Assembly (NCBI GenBank): GCA_016176505.1
Contig: JACOXB010000006.1
Location: 7,240 to 71,239 of the forward strand
Direction of reading: 5' to 3'
Source: Candidatus Colwellbacteria bacterium
GTDB lineage: Bacteria > Patescibacteriota > Minisyncoccia > UBA6257 > Colwellbacteraceae
Length of the DNA: 64,000 bases
The notes below the pieces were generated by a model. The model was not told the DNA's origin, did no database searches, and saw only the letters and a list, made by a program, of their open reading frames with translations. This document shows, in pieces, positions 18,111 to 28,178 of the stretch; within the stretch, counting starts at the first letter, position 1, and each line of letters opens with the position of its first letter. The position numbers and the translations under genes were made by a program.

Positions 18111-19259
18111 ATGACTGGCCGTTCGATAGCGATTCTCCTCTTTCTCTCCGCTCTCGCCCTAGGCGTTTTTTTATTCAAAACTAACTCGATTAAGCTTGAT
18201 TCTCGACCGCTCGGTTTTATCGGAACCCCAGCCGTCGAGGAAGAGCTAAAACAGCTTGAAAATCCGCCAACCGTAGTTAAGGCAGTTTATGCCACAAGCT
18301 GGTCAATGGCCACGCCGAGCAACTTAGGGCACTTGCTTGATTTAATTGATACCACCGAGCTTAACGCCATTGTGATTGATATTAAAGATTATTCAGGGCA
18401 GGTAGCCTACGATACTAATATTCAAGCCCTCGAAGATTATGGCGCCGAAGATATAAGAATCAAAGACATTAATTCTTTAATTAAAGATCTTCATAATCGC
18501 AATGTTTACGTCATTGGCCGGGTCACGGTTTTTCAAGATCCGATTCTCGCGAAGGCTCGACCAGATCTAGCGATTAAAAATAGAGCTGGCGCAACCTGGC
18601 TTGACCATAAAAGTTTAGCTTGGGTTGATCCGGCGAGTCAGGAGGTCTGGGATTATAATATTGCGATTGCGGGAGACGCTTTAGGTCGCGGTTTTGATGA
18701 GATTAATTTTGACTACATTCGTTTTCCTTCTGACGGCAATGTCGACCTACTGGTATATCCGGTTTATGACAAAGATCTTCGAGAGAAACAAGAGATTATT
18801 CGCGATTTCTTTACTTACTTAAGAGCCGGGCTCGAAGGCGAGAAAATTTCAGCTGATCTTTTTGGCCAAACCACTTTTCAAATGGACGATATGGGCATTG
18901 GCCAGATGATTGAAGATGCTTTTATTCATTTTGATTTTGTAAGCCCGATGGTTTATCCGTCGCATTATGCGGCCGGCGTTGGCGGTTATAATAATCCGGC
19001 GCTTTATCCTTACGAGATCGTTAAGTATTCATTAGACGAGGCGATAAGAAGGAGAGGCGCGCTCGCTCTTCAGGATCCGGAAGTCGAATTAGCCGAACTC
19101 CGGCCCTGGCTCCAAGATTTTGATTTAGGCGCGATCTACACTGGGGCTATGATTCGGGAAGAAATGCGAGCCACTGAGGATGCCGCTGGCGAGAATTTCC
19201 GCGGCTGGATGCTTTGGGATCCGTCGAATGTCTATACAAGTGCCGCCCTAAATCCATGA
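18111..19259 (+). CDS. Putative glycoside hydrolase (DUF4015-like)
   Basis: NAIVIDIKD, GFDEINFDYIRFP, PMVYPSHY, RPWLQDF. Confidence 0.85.
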   Translation: MTGRSIAILLFLSALALGVFLFKTNSIKLDSRPLGFIGTPAVEEELKQLENPPTVVKAVYATSWSMATPSNLGHLLDLIDTTELNAIVIDIKDYSGQVAYDTNIQALEDYGAEDIRIKDINSLIKDLHNRNVYVIGRVTVFQDPILAKARPDLAIKNRAGATWLDHKSLAWVDPASQEVWDYNIAIAGDALGRGFDEINFDYIRFPSDGNVDLLVYPVYDKDLREKQEIIRDFFTYLRAGLEGEKISADLFGQTTFQMDDMGIGQMIEDAFIHFDFVSPMVYPSHYAAGVGGYNNPALYPYEIVKYSLDEAIRRRGALALQDPEVELAELRPWLQDFDLGAIYTGAMIREEMRATEDAAGENFRGWMLWDPSNVYTSAALNP

Positions 19260-19996
19260 CCCACTCGACAGGCCTAGGGCAAACTGAATATGAATTTAGC
19301 TTGGGCGAATTCAAAGGACCGCTTGAGAAACTGCTTGAATTAATCGAAGAGCGCGAGCTTGAGATAACGCGGTTGTCGCTCGCTGAAGTCACGGCTGACT
19401 TTCTTAAATATTTAGAATCTTTAACTGATGTTCACCCCCGGGTATTAGCCGATTTCGTGGCTGTGGCTGCCAAGCTGATTCTTGTAAAATCCCAAGCACT
19501 TTTACCTCAATTAGAACTAGCGCCGGAAGAAGAAAAGGAAATTGCTGAGCTTGAGTCAAGGCTTGAATTCCTCGCGCAGTTTCGGGGTGCTGAACGCGAA
19601 TTTAGTACTCTCTGGGGGAAGGAAATCGCAGAGGCGCGGGATTATTTCCTGGGTTTGCCGCCTGGCTTTTACTTTCGCGAAGAACTAACTCCAGCTGACT
19701 TAGAAATCGAAATTAAAAAAATCAGCTCGATTTTAACCGAACAATTTTTGAAAACTGAATCAGTCGAAGTGAAATTAGTAAGTCTCGAAGAGAAAATCGC
19801 CGAGGTTTTAGCTCGGGTAGACAAGGCGATTAAGACCAGTTTTAATGAAATCGCCCGCGGCCGAGCCAAGGAAGAAGTCGTTGTCTTTTTCCTAGCCCTG
19901 CTTCATCTCCTAAAAGAAAGGCTAGTCGAAATAGAGCAGGGCGAACCATTTTCTGAAATCACGGTTAAAACTATTAAGAATAATGGAAGAGAATAA
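19256..19996 (+). CDS. scpA: Segregation/condensation protein A
   Basis: FKGPLEKLLELI; FLALLHL...IEQ..F. Confidence 0.9.
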   Translation: MTHSTGLGQTEYEFSLGEFKGPLEKLLELIEERELEITRLSLAEVTADFLKYLESLTDVHPRVLADFVAVAAKLILVKSQALLPQLELAPEEEKEIAELESRLEFLAQFRGAEREFSTLWGKEIAEARDYFLGLPPGFYFREELTPADLEIEIKKISSILTEQFLKTESVEVKLVSLEEKIAEVLARVDKAIKTSFNEIARGRAKEEVVVFFLALLHLLKERLVEIEQGEPFSEITVKTIKNNGRE

Positions 19997-20549
19997 GGGA
20001 CTCGAAGAATTAGAAGCCCTGCTTTTCTTATATGGCGAACCAGTTAAATTTAAAAAACTGGCTGACACTTTGGGCCGGAAAGAAAATCAAATCCGCGAAG
20101 AGCTCGAACTTTTAAAACAAAACCTTGATCAGGGCGAGAGGGGATTAACCTTAATTATTTATGATGACCGGGTTCAGTTGACCACGAAACCCGAGCTCCA
20201 GCCGCTTATTCAAAAAGTAGTTGAAGCTGAGATGGATACAGGTCTTACTCCGGCAAGCCTCGAAACCCTGACTATTATTGCTTATCTCGGCCCCTGCAGC
20301 CGGGCTCTCGTTGAACATATCCGGGGCGTTAACTCGAGCTTTATTTTAAGAAGCCTTTTAATCCGGGGGCTGGTTGAGCGAAATCCCGATCCCAAGCATC
20401 CGAATACTTATTTTTATCAAGTCACTTTTGATTTTCTCCGGCATATTGGTTTGGATACGCTCGAAAAACTGCCGGATTATGAAAAATATCGCGAATTAGT
20501 TAAGTCTTATTTAGGTCAGGATGAAGCAAGTGAAGCTAGGGGAAATTAG
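19983..20549 (+). CDS. scpB: Segregation/condensation protein B
   Basis: LEALLF, SLETLTIIAY.GP, IRGVNS. Confidence 0.9.
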   Translation: MEENKGLEELEALLFLYGEPVKFKKLADTLGRKENQIREELELLKQNLDQGERGLTLIIYDDRVQLTTKPELQPLIQKVVEAEMDTGLTPASLETLTIIAYLGPCSRALVEHIRGVNSSFILRSLLIRGLVERNPDPKHPNTYFYQVTFDFLRHIGLDTLEKLPDYEKYRELVKSYLGQDEASEARGN

Positions 20550-21429
20550 GCCTTTATCTTTCGTCTTGATTGCTACTGTGATTGTTGGCGGTTTTGCTTT
20601 TGGCTTTTTCTCTTGGATAATTTCGGCTCGACCCGAGGAATTGCCGCCAATTAATGAAGATGCGAATTCCCCGCCGCCTCCGGCGACCCCTGAATTAACG
20701 CCTACGCCCAGCGCTCCGGTTATTGAACAAGTCGAGTTGAATGCCGCCGCGGCTTATCTCCTTGACGGGAAAACCCTTTATGAATTTCGAGCTGACAAAC
20801 GTTGGCCCATTGCTTCGGTTACCAAACTGATGACCGCGTTTGTGGCTCGCGAACTTATGTTTGAAGACGAAGTAATCGTGATTACCCCCGAAGCCGTGGC
20901 CGCGACCGGCGCTGCCGGCGGCTTTAGCGCTTATGAAACTTATCGCTTGAGCGAGCTTGAGAAGGCAATGCTGACGGTTTCTTCAAACGACGCCGCCTTG
21001 GCCATTACTCTCCACTGGGGTGAAGCCGATTTTGTAAAAGAAATGAACCGGCAGGCCGCTATTCTCGGCATGAACGAGACGAACTTCAGCGACTCGACCG
21101 GCATCTCGCTCCAGAATCGATCAACTGCTCTTGACCTCTTCCGTTTGGTAAAATTTATCTGGGAGGAGGAACCGGAGATTTTTGAGATTACCCGCCGGCC
21201 ATCGGTGGCGATTACCGATGAGCTTGGCCGGAGCCGAATCCTTAAAAATATTAATATCTTTGCCGGCCGGGCTGATTTTCTCGGCGGGAAAACCGGGTCA
21301 CTACCTGAGGCCCACGGCAACTTGGTTTCGATCTTCAGCCTACCGAATCAAACTTCCCCGGTGATTATCGTGGTTCTTGGCGCCGCTGATCGGTTTGAAG
21401 AAACAAAGGAAATTTTAGCCAAACTTTAA
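20521..21429 (+). CDS. D-alanyl-D-alanine carboxypeptidase (S11)
   Basis: ASVTKLMT (SxxK), SSN, GKTG. Confidence 0.9.
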   Translation: MKQVKLGEIRPLSFVLIATVIVGGFAFGFFSWIISARPEELPPINEDANSPPPPATPELTPTPSAPVIEQVELNAAAAYLLDGKTLYEFRADKRWPIASVTKLMTAFVARELMFEDEVIVITPEAVAATGAAGGFSAYETYRLSELEKAMLTVSSNDAALAITLHWGEADFVKEMNRQAAILGMNETNFSDSTGISLQNRSTALDLFRLVKFIWEEEPEIFEITRRPSVAITDELGRSRILKNINIFAGRADFLGGKTGSLPEAHGNLVSIFSLPNQTSPVIIVVLGAADRFEETKEILAKL

Positions 21430-21435
21430 AACTAA

Positions 21436-22509
21436 ATGTATCAAATTCACTTACTCGCAGTTACCAAATTCCTTTCCTTATTCTTAATTGCTTTTGCCGT
21501 GGCTTTGGCAATCGCGCCAATCCTAATTCACTTTCTTTACAAATATAAAGCCTGGAAAAAGAAGCCCCGGGAAAACGCTCCTGGCGGCGATCCCACACCC
21601 TTCTTTACTAGGTTCCACGCTACTAAAGAGGTTTCCACTCCCCGGATGGGCGGCATTCTAATCTGGAGCACAATCCTTGTCGTTACTGGCATTACTTTTG
21701 TTGCTGGTTACTTTTTCCCGGATTCATTTCTCGGGAGATTAAACTATGTTTCCCGTTCGCAAACTTGGCTGCCGCTTTTTACTCTCGCTTCAGCCTCCTT
21801 GCTTGGCCTGGTTGATGACATTCTCGTTATTAGAAACAAGGGCCATTATATTGCCGGCGGCGTCCGTTTTCGAGTGAGATTAGGTTTAATTCTTCTTATT
21901 ACTCTGGTTGGTGCTTGGTGGTTTTACTCTAAACTTGAGTGGACCAGTATTTACATTCCTTTTTACGGAAATCTCGAAATTGGCGGTTGGCTGATTCCGC
22001 TTTTCATCGGCGTGGTGCTTGCCACTTTTTCCTCAGGCGTGGTTGATGGTTTAGATGGCTTGTCTTCTGGCGTGCTCGGTTCGATTTTCGCTTCTTTCGG
22101 CGTGATTGCCTACGCCAGAGGTCTTTATGATTTAAGCGCTTTAATCATTGTCATCCTCGGCGCGCTGATGACTTATCTTTGGTTTAATGTTCACCCAGCT
22201 AAGTTTTATATGGGCGAGACGGGCATTATGGGGCTTACCGTCACCTTGGCCGTGATTGCCTTCCTAACTAATGCTGTTTTCCTCCTACCAATTATTGGTT
22301 TTGTTTTAGTACTTGAATCTTCATCAGTTATTATTCAGCTTGCAGCCAAGAAGTTCTTTAAACGAAAAGTCTTTTTATCAGCGCCAATTCACCATCATTT
22401 CGAAGCCAAAGGCTGGCCTGAATCTCAAATCACGATGCGTTTCTGGATTCTCTCGGTCGCTTTCTCCGCCCTCGGCCTCGCCATCTTCTTCATCGACAAA
22501 TTTATTTAG
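21436..22509 (+). CDS. mraY: Phospho-N-acetylmuramoyl-pentapeptide transferase
   Basis: TPRMGG, DD, DGLDGL, FYMGETG, APIHHHFE. Confidence 0.95.
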   Translation: MYQIHLLAVTKFLSLFLIAFAVALAIAPILIHFLYKYKAWKKKPRENAPGGDPTPFFTRFHATKEVSTPRMGGILIWSTILVVTGITFVAGYFFPDSFLGRLNYVSRSQTWLPLFTLASASLLGLVDDILVIRNKGHYIAGGVRFRVRLGLILLITLVGAWWFYSKLEWTSIYIPFYGNLEIGGWLIPLFIGVVLATFSSGVVDGLDGLSSGVLGSIFASFGVIAYARGLYDLSALIIVILGALMTYLWFNVHPAKFYMGETGIMGLTVTLAVIAFLTNAVFLLPIIGFVLVLESSSVIIQLAAKKFFKRKVFLSAPIHHHFEAKGWPESQITMRFWILSVAFSALGLAIFFIDKFI

Positions 22510-22521
22510 AGAGCCGCTTTT

Positions 22522-22767
22522 ATGAAAAATAAATTTACTGAGATTGCGGGCTGGATTGGTACCGCTCTAGTAATAGCAGCTTATATACTAGTTAGTTTCA
22601 AGGTCCTTCCTGGAGATAGTGTTATTTATCAGTTAATGAATTTACTCGGGGCAATGGGCGTTTTAACGGTTTCTCTTGTGAGGAGAGTGTACCAGCCCGC
22701 AGTGATACAAGTCGTTTGGATTACGGTAGCCCTAGCGGCATTGTTGAGGATCTTTAGGATTATATAA
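22522..22767 (+). CDS. CBU_0592-like small membrane protein
   Basis: GWIG...AY...YQLMNLLG pattern, three TMs. Confidence 0.75.
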   Translation: MKNKFTEIAGWIGTALVIAAYILVSFKVLPGDSVIYQLMNLLGAMGVLTVSLVRRVYQPAVIQVVWITVALAALLRIFRII

Positions 22768-22870
22768 ATGATGTACTATTTTGCTTAGAAATATGCTTTT
22801 GAGCACTGCTATGCTATAGCATAGTGTTGTGACACGTCAAAGCACCTAATTTATTCATCGTTACAAAGAT

Positions 22871-22913
22871 ATTATAACATTATGTATAATCACATTATAC
22901 AGAATGTTATAAT
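22871..22913. repeat. Palindromic repeat family B, long form
   Basis: ATTATAACATTATGTATAAT-CAC-ATTATACAGAATGTTATAAT. Confidence 0.8.
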
Positions 22914-22979
22914 AATTATTTTACGTAGTTGCGTATGTAAAAATGAGAAGGACCCGCGGGATGTCCTTCCCAACGGGTC

Positions 22980-23270
22980 CTAGACCAGTGCGCCGAGCTC
23001 GGCGAGAGCCGCTTCGATCTGGTTCTTCTTGACCTTGATGGCGGCCGATGCCGCCTCACGCCGGCCCTGAGCTTTCGCCAGTTCGGCCGCAGCGGACTCC
23101 ACGTTGTAGTACATGTTGTGGTCGTCCCGACGGTGGGTGCCGTCCTTGAGGGCTTGTTGCCAGAAGTCGTAAGACCTCTTGGTCTCGGCGTACTCCACCT
23201 GCAGTTCGATCAGCTCGTTCTGGAGTCGTACGACTTCCAACAGCTTCGCGACCTGCTCGGTCACGTCCAT
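22980..23270 (-). CDS. GC-rich coiled-coil hypothetical protein
   Basis: AAAGGA SD, TTGACC promoter-like element upstream, hairpin downstream. Confidence 0.7.
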   Translation of the reverse strand: MDVTEQVAKLLEVVRLQNELIELQVEYAETKRSYDFWQQALKDGTHRRDDHNMYYNVESAAAELAKAQGRREAASAAIKVKKNQIEAALAELGALV

Positions 23271-23504
23271 CTCGATTCCTTTCTGAAGTGCGAAAGCTGC
23301 GAATAGCAGCCATTACCAGACCACCTGATAACCCAGCCAGATTAGCATAAATCTACGATAAGGTCAAGGTATCTAGCTCTTAAAAACGACCCCCTCTCTT
23401 TTCGTAAAACACATCATTTATATAACTTTTATTGACATAGATATAAAAAGGTGATATTTTAAGGGAGTATCGGCTTCCGCTGATATACCCCCAAGAGGGG
23501 GTCC

Positions 23505-23906
23505 TTGTCCCTTAGCAACTCGGAGAGGGACCGGTTGAAGGAGGCAATCGTGTTCGTCGCCTACGGCTTTATCATCAAGCCGGTCAAGGGTCCGTTCTAC
23601 AACCATCCGCCCCTTGGCACGGGCGATATCCTGAAGCTCCGGAAGCTCTTCCCCGACAACCCGATCTGGCAGGCCAGGACCAGTGGGGTCGGCAACGCCT
23701 ACCACCCGACGCCGGAGCAAGCACGTGCCTTCTACTACGCGTTGAAGGCCTACGCCGAGGCGCACGAGGTGAGCAGCGAGCAGTACCCAACTGGCAACAC
23801 CACCGGGCGGTTTCTCGTCTACAGCGATCTCAAGTCTGTCTTCGACGACCTCATCCCCTTCTTCGAGGACGAGCTCGACCTCCCGCGCACAAGGCGCACA
23901 GCCTAA
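23505..23906 (+). CDS. GC-rich hypothetical protein
   Basis: TTGACA upstream, AGAGGGGG SD, hairpin plus T-tract downstream. Confidence 0.65.
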   Translation: MSLSNSERDRLKEAIVFVAYGFIIKPVKGPFYNHPPLGTGDILKLRKLFPDNPIWQARTSGVGNAYHPTPEQARAFYYALKAYAEAHEVSSEQYPTGNTTGRFLVYSDLKSVFDDLIPFFEDELDLPRTRRTA

Positions 23907-24011
23907 CGGCCCGCATGCGGCACAGTCTTATGGAAAGACTCGCCCCGCGTGCGGGTTTTTCCATTTAGAGAGGAAAGGGAACATATCTCTTGGTGTATAA
24001 TTTGAGTTAGA

Positions 24012-25499
24012 ATGAGCCTTTTGCTAAAGGAGGTGCAGGTTGTGGATGGGACGGGTAAGGCGCCATATAAGGCCGATGTTTTAATTCAGAAAAATATTAT
24101 TTCTGCCATCGGCAACCTGAAATCGCGCGGCGCCGCCCGGGTTATTGACGGCCTGGGCGATTATTTAACCCCTGGTTTTATTGATCTTAATACCAATTCT
24201 GACCATTATCTTTCTCTTTTCACTGATCCGGCCCAATCTGACTTAACTTCCCAGGGCGTCACCACTATTTTCGGCGGCCAGTGCGGTTCGTCGCTTGCGC
24301 CGCTTATCTACGGCACTTTGGAATCAATCCGCAAATGGATTGACCCGTACGAGATTAATGTTAACTGGCACACAACTGCTGAATTTTTAAAAAGCCTGGA
24401 ACGAGTTCCGCTCGGCATTAACTTCGGCACTTTGGTTGGCCACTCGACCATTCGCCGGGCTTTGGTTGGTGATGCTAAACGCCGCTTAACCGAATCTGAG
24501 CTTAATGTTTTTAAACGCCTTCTTCGCGAATCCTTAAACCAGGGTGCTTTTGGTTTTTCAACCGGTCTTGGTTATGTTCACGGCAGTGCGGCTTCAAACC
24601 GGGAAATTGAAGAGCTCGTAAAAGTGGTTAAAGAATTTGACGGCGTCTATGCCACTCACTTGCGTCACCAAGGCGAAAAGATTCTTGATTCAGTAAAAGA
24701 AGCAATTGAAATTGCCGAGCGAACCGGCGTCCGCACCATCATTAGTCATTTTCGGCCGGAAAAAGGATTTAGCGAACAATTTGAAAAAGCAGTTGAAAAA
24801 ATTGAAGCAACTCAGGCGGAAATCTATTTTGATGTTTATCCCTTGCCTTACAGTATCGAAACTATTTACACCCTACTGCCAGAGTGGGTGAGGGTCGGTA
24901 GTCTTGAGATGATGCTCGAGCGCGTTAAAAACGGCGGTGTCACGCCATTAATTAAGAAAGATTGGCCGAATTTTAAGGGTGATGAAATTGAAATTGTCGG
25001 GGCGCCGAATCACGAATATTTAGTTGGTAAATCCCTGGCTCGAGTCGCCGAAAGATTAGAGGTCGACCCGGCCGAAGCCCTGATTCAGGTGATGAAAATG
25101 ACTGAACTCCGAGCCACGATTTTGAAGCGCGATATTGATCTGAAAGTTCTGCCGCGGGCGCTCGCGAGTAGCCGCGCTTTTATTGCCTCAAACGGCAATG
25201 CCGTCTTGCCGCCGGGCTTTGTGAAGCCGAAAGAATCGCTTAGTGTATTCCCAAAATTTCTCGAAATAGTACTCCAGAGTAAGTTGATGACGATTGAGTC
25301 AGCTGTTGCTAAGCTCACAACCGAGGCGATTAAGTTTATATCACCGAAGCGGTCATTAGGCAGGGGAGTAATTAAGGAGGGTATGGCGGCTGATTTAGCT
25401 TTAGTGGGTAAGAATAATTACAGCATTAAAAAAGTAATTCTTGGCGGCGAGCTAGTGGACGAAGTAACTGCAAACGGCCAAATCCTTCGCCGTCGTTAG
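24012..25499 (+). CDS. N-acyl-D-amino-acid deacylase-like amidohydrolase
   Basis: PGFID, QGVTT..GGQCG.S, GFSTGL.Y, THLR; first metal motif reads DLNTNSD rather than DxHxH. Confidence 0.8.
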   Translation: MSLLLKEVQVVDGTGKAPYKADVLIQKNIISAIGNLKSRGAARVIDGLGDYLTPGFIDLNTNSDHYLSLFTDPAQSDLTSQGVTTIFGGQCGSSLAPLIYGTLESIRKWIDPYEINVNWHTTAEFLKSLERVPLGINFGTLVGHSTIRRALVGDAKRRLTESELNVFKRLLRESLNQGAFGFSTGLGYVHGSAASNREIEELVKVVKEFDGVYATHLRHQGEKILDSVKEAIEIAERTGVRTIISHFRPEKGFSEQFEKAVEKIEATQAEIYFDVYPLPYSIETIYTLLPEWVRVGSLEMMLERVKNGGVTPLIKKDWPNFKGDEIEIVGAPNHEYLVGKSLARVAERLEVDPAEALIQVMKMTELRATILKRDIDLKVLPRALASSRAFIASNGNAVLPPGFVKPKESLSVFPKFLEIVLQSKLMTIESAVAKLTTEAIKFISPKRSLGRGVIKEGMAADLALVGKNNYSIKKVILGGELVDEVTANGQILRRR

Positions 25500-25500
25500 A

Positions 25501-26586
25501 ATGGTTAAGTCAAGAAGGGGAAAACCAGATTACCTGATTCTTCTTGTGGCCGGCCTTTTAATTTTAATGGGCTTTGTGGCTCTGGCTTCAGCCTCTTCTG
25601 ATTTGGGCAAGACAAAGTTTGATGATGCTTATTACTATCTAAAACACCAGGCGCTTTACGGTTTTATCCCGGGTGTCTTCGGCTTTCTCATTGGTTACTT
25701 TATTAATTATCGGTTTTTGAAAAAATGGGCCACTTTGATTTTACTCGGCGCTCTTCTGCTTTTACTTTTAGTTTTTTCGCCTTTTGGTTTTACCTCAGGC
25801 GGAGCTCAGCGGTGGATCGATCTCGGCCCGGTTACAATTCAGCCAAGCGAAATTTTAAAAATTGCTTTTGTGATATATCTCGCGGCCTGGCTCTCTTCAG
25901 CTAAGGGTGACCGCCAGAAAAGTCTTCACGAAAGCTTTCTGCCTTTTATTGCTATTTCCGGTTTCATTGGCATAATTCTTTTGATTCAGAAATCAACCAG
26001 CGCCGCTTTTATTCTCCTTGGTGTCGCCTTCGTTCTTTATATGGTCGGCGGGGCTAAATTAAGATACCTCGGCGCTCTGGCTCTAATGGGAGTACTCCTC
26101 TTCGGCGCATCCATTGCTCTTACTGGTTACCGTTTGGAAAGAATTAAAACTTTTATTTCTGGAGAAGGGCAGTCTTATCATATTGAACAAGCTAAAATTG
26201 TGATTGGTTCTGGCGGCATAACCGGAGTAGGTTATGGCCAGTCGCTCTCGAAAGCCTATTTGCCGGAACGAATCGGTGATTCTATCTTCGCCATCATTGC
26301 CGAGGAGTTTGGCTTAATCGGTTCTTTAGTCATTATTTTTCTATTCTTTGCTTTATCTTTACGCAGTTTTATTCTGGCAAGAAGGGCGAGAGATCAGTTC
26401 GGCCGCTTGATTCTTGTCGGCTTCGGCCTGATTATCGGGCTTCAGGCTTTTATTCATATTGCTGCAAACTCTGGCCTGATTCCCTTGACTGGCGTGCCCC
26501 TGCCCTTTATTAGCTACGGCGGTACGGCCCTTGTTGTCTCAATGACCATGATAGGATTAATGTCGAATATCAGCCGGAATATCTAA
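25501..26586 (+). CDS. ftsW: SEDS peptidoglycan polymerase FtsW
   Basis: GAQRWI, QPSE, EEFG, PLTGVPLPFISYGG; upstream of murG. Confidence 0.9.
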   Translation: MVKSRRGKPDYLILLVAGLLILMGFVALASASSDLGKTKFDDAYYYLKHQALYGFIPGVFGFLIGYFINYRFLKKWATLILLGALLLLLLVFSPFGFTSGGAQRWIDLGPVTIQPSEILKIAFVIYLAAWLSSAKGDRQKSLHESFLPFIAISGFIGIILLIQKSTSAAFILLGVAFVLYMVGGAKLRYLGALALMGVLLFGASIALTGYRLERIKTFISGEGQSYHIEQAKIVIGSGGITGVGYGQSLSKAYLPERIGDSIFAIIAEEFGLIGSLVIIFLFFALSLRSFILARRARDQFGRLILVGFGLIIGLQAFIHIAANSGLIPLTGVPLPFISYGGTALVVSMTMIGLMSNISRNI

Positions 26587-26587
26587 C

Positions 26588-26629
26588 GTGTATACAGTAC
26601 CCTGTACCGAGTACCCAGTATAAAGTATG
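26588..26629 (+). repeat. Heptamer array (NNGTAYN)x6
   Basis: gtgtata cagtacc ctgtacc gagtacc cagtata aagtatg. Confidence 0.8.
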
Positions 26630-27016
26630 GCGAACGATATAGATAAAATTCAGCGATTCACGGATCTAAATGCCTGGAAAGAGGCCCATAAGTTAAGCTT
26701 GATTATCTACAAGCTAACTGCTAATTTTCCCGCAGAGGAACGTTATTCTTTGATTGATCAGATGAGAAGAGCCGCAGTTTCAGTCACATCGAACATCTCA
26801 GAAGGATTTTCTAGAAATTCAGCAAATGAGAAGAGACGATTTTACTCCATGGCGAAGGGATCGAATATGGAATTACAGAATCAGCTTATTTTAAGTAAAG
26901 ACTTAGGCTATCTCGATGGCGATGAGTTTAAAAAAGCTTTTGAACAATCGGTCAACGTTAATAAGCTAATCAGCGGGTTGTTTAAGGCGGCTGAAAAATT
27001 AGATCATAATAAGTAA
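26627..27016 (+). CDS. Four-helix-bundle protein (23S rRNA IVS protein/bAvd-like)
   Basis: FTDLNAW..A, FP.EERYSL.DQMRRAAVSV.SNISEG, GS..ELQNQL. Confidence 0.9.
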   Translation: MANDIDKIQRFTDLNAWKEAHKLSLIIYKLTANFPAEERYSLIDQMRRAAVSVTSNISEGFSRNSANEKRRFYSMAKGSNMELQNQLILSKDLGYLDGDEFKKAFEQSVNVNKLISGLFKAAEKLDHNK

Positions 27017-27055
27017 TACGAGATACATGGTACGGAATACAAGGTACAGAATACT
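27014..27055 (+). repeat. Heptamer array (NNRTACN)x6, inverted relative to 26588-26629
   Basis: taatacg agataca tggtacg gaataca aggtaca gaatact. Confidence 0.8.
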
Positions 27056-28178
27056 ATTTACCGGAGGAGGAACGGGCGGCCATATTTATCCTTTAATTGC
27101 TGTTTCGGCCGAGCTCCAAATGGTCGCGGCCCAGAGCGGGCTTGATCTTCACTTGCGCTATTTAGGTTCGGCCGGGTCTTATCGCCAATTGCTTCAGGAT
27201 AATGGCATTAAAGTCGGTAAAATCTGGTCAAGTAAGTTAAGGCGTTATTTTTCTTTTAAAAACTTTATTGATTTTCCCAAGTTTGGCTTGAGTCTAGTTC
27301 AGGCTTTATGGAAAGTTTTTTGGCAAATGCCGGATGTGGTTTTTTCAAAAGGCGGGCCAAGCGCCTTAGCCGTGGTTTTAGCCGCCCGTTTTTATCGGAT
27401 TCCAGTTGTCATTCATGATTCTGATGCGATACCTGGTTTAACTAATCTTATTACTGGCCGTTACGCCCGAGTGATTACCACCTCCTTCCCTGGCGCTAAA
27501 GATTATTTTCGAAAAACCAAAGCCGAAATTATTAATGTTGGGAATCCGGTTCGCCGTTATCTTTTAAGCGAAGAAATTTCCCAAACTTGGGCCAAAAGTT
27601 TCTTAGGTTTTGATCCGAATCAGCCTTTAATTTTAGTCCTTGGCGGTTCTCAAGGCTCGGAGCGAATTAATAATTTTATCGTCGGCATTTTGCCTTCTTT
27701 GCTTCCTTTAAGTCAGGTTCTGCATCAAACTGGCCGGGGCAATTACGACCGGGTAGTCCAGGCTTTTCAAATCGCCTCGGCTGATATCAGCGAAGAGCTT
27801 AAGCGAAAGTACCAGGTTGTTGATTATTTTGAAAAAGATATGCGGATTGCCCTCGGTGCAGCCGATCTTGTGGTTTCCCGGGCTGGTTCGGGTAGTATTT
27901 TTGAAATCGCCGCTTTTGGCCGGCCCTCGATTTTAATTCCTTTGCCCGAAGCGGCGAATGGTCATCAATCTGAAAACGCCGCTGAATACAGTAAAACCGG
28001 CGCGGCCGAAGTGATCGAAGAATCAAATCTCTTGCCCCATCTTTTCTTAAATCAAATCACCGGCTTATTTAACGACCCGAACGAGCTCACTAAAATGAGC
28101 CAGGCCGCCTTTGCTTTTTACAAACCCGACGCGGCCGTAAACATCGCTCAAATCATTCTTCAGGTAAATGCTTCTTGA
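27027..28178 (+). CDS. murG: MurG glycosyltransferase
   Basis: GGGTGGHIYP, GNPVR, GGSQG, SRAGSG, HQ..NA. Confidence 0.95.
   Translation: MVRNTRYRILFTGGGTGGHIYPLIAVSAELQMVAAQSGLDLHLRYLGSAGSYRQLLQDNGIKVGKIWSSKLRRYFSFKNFIDFPKFGLSLVQALWKVFWQMPDVVFSKGGPSALAVVLAARFYRIPVVIHDSDAIPGLTNLITGRYARVITTSFPGAKDYFRKTKAEIINVGNPVRRYLLSEEISQTWAKSFLGFDPNQPLILVLGGSQGSERINNFIVGILPSLLPLSQVLHQTGRGNYDRVVQAFQIASADISEELKRKYQVVDYFEKDMRIALGAADLVVSRAGSGSIFEIAAFGRPSILIPLPEAANGHQSENAAEYSKTGAAEVIEESNLLPHLFLNQITGLFNDPNELTKMSQAAFAFYKPDAAVNIAQIILQVNAS

Noticed and set aside
26627-27016. Diversity-generating retroelement (Avd-like gene)
   Set aside because: No reverse transcriptase or TR/VR pair visible in the window.
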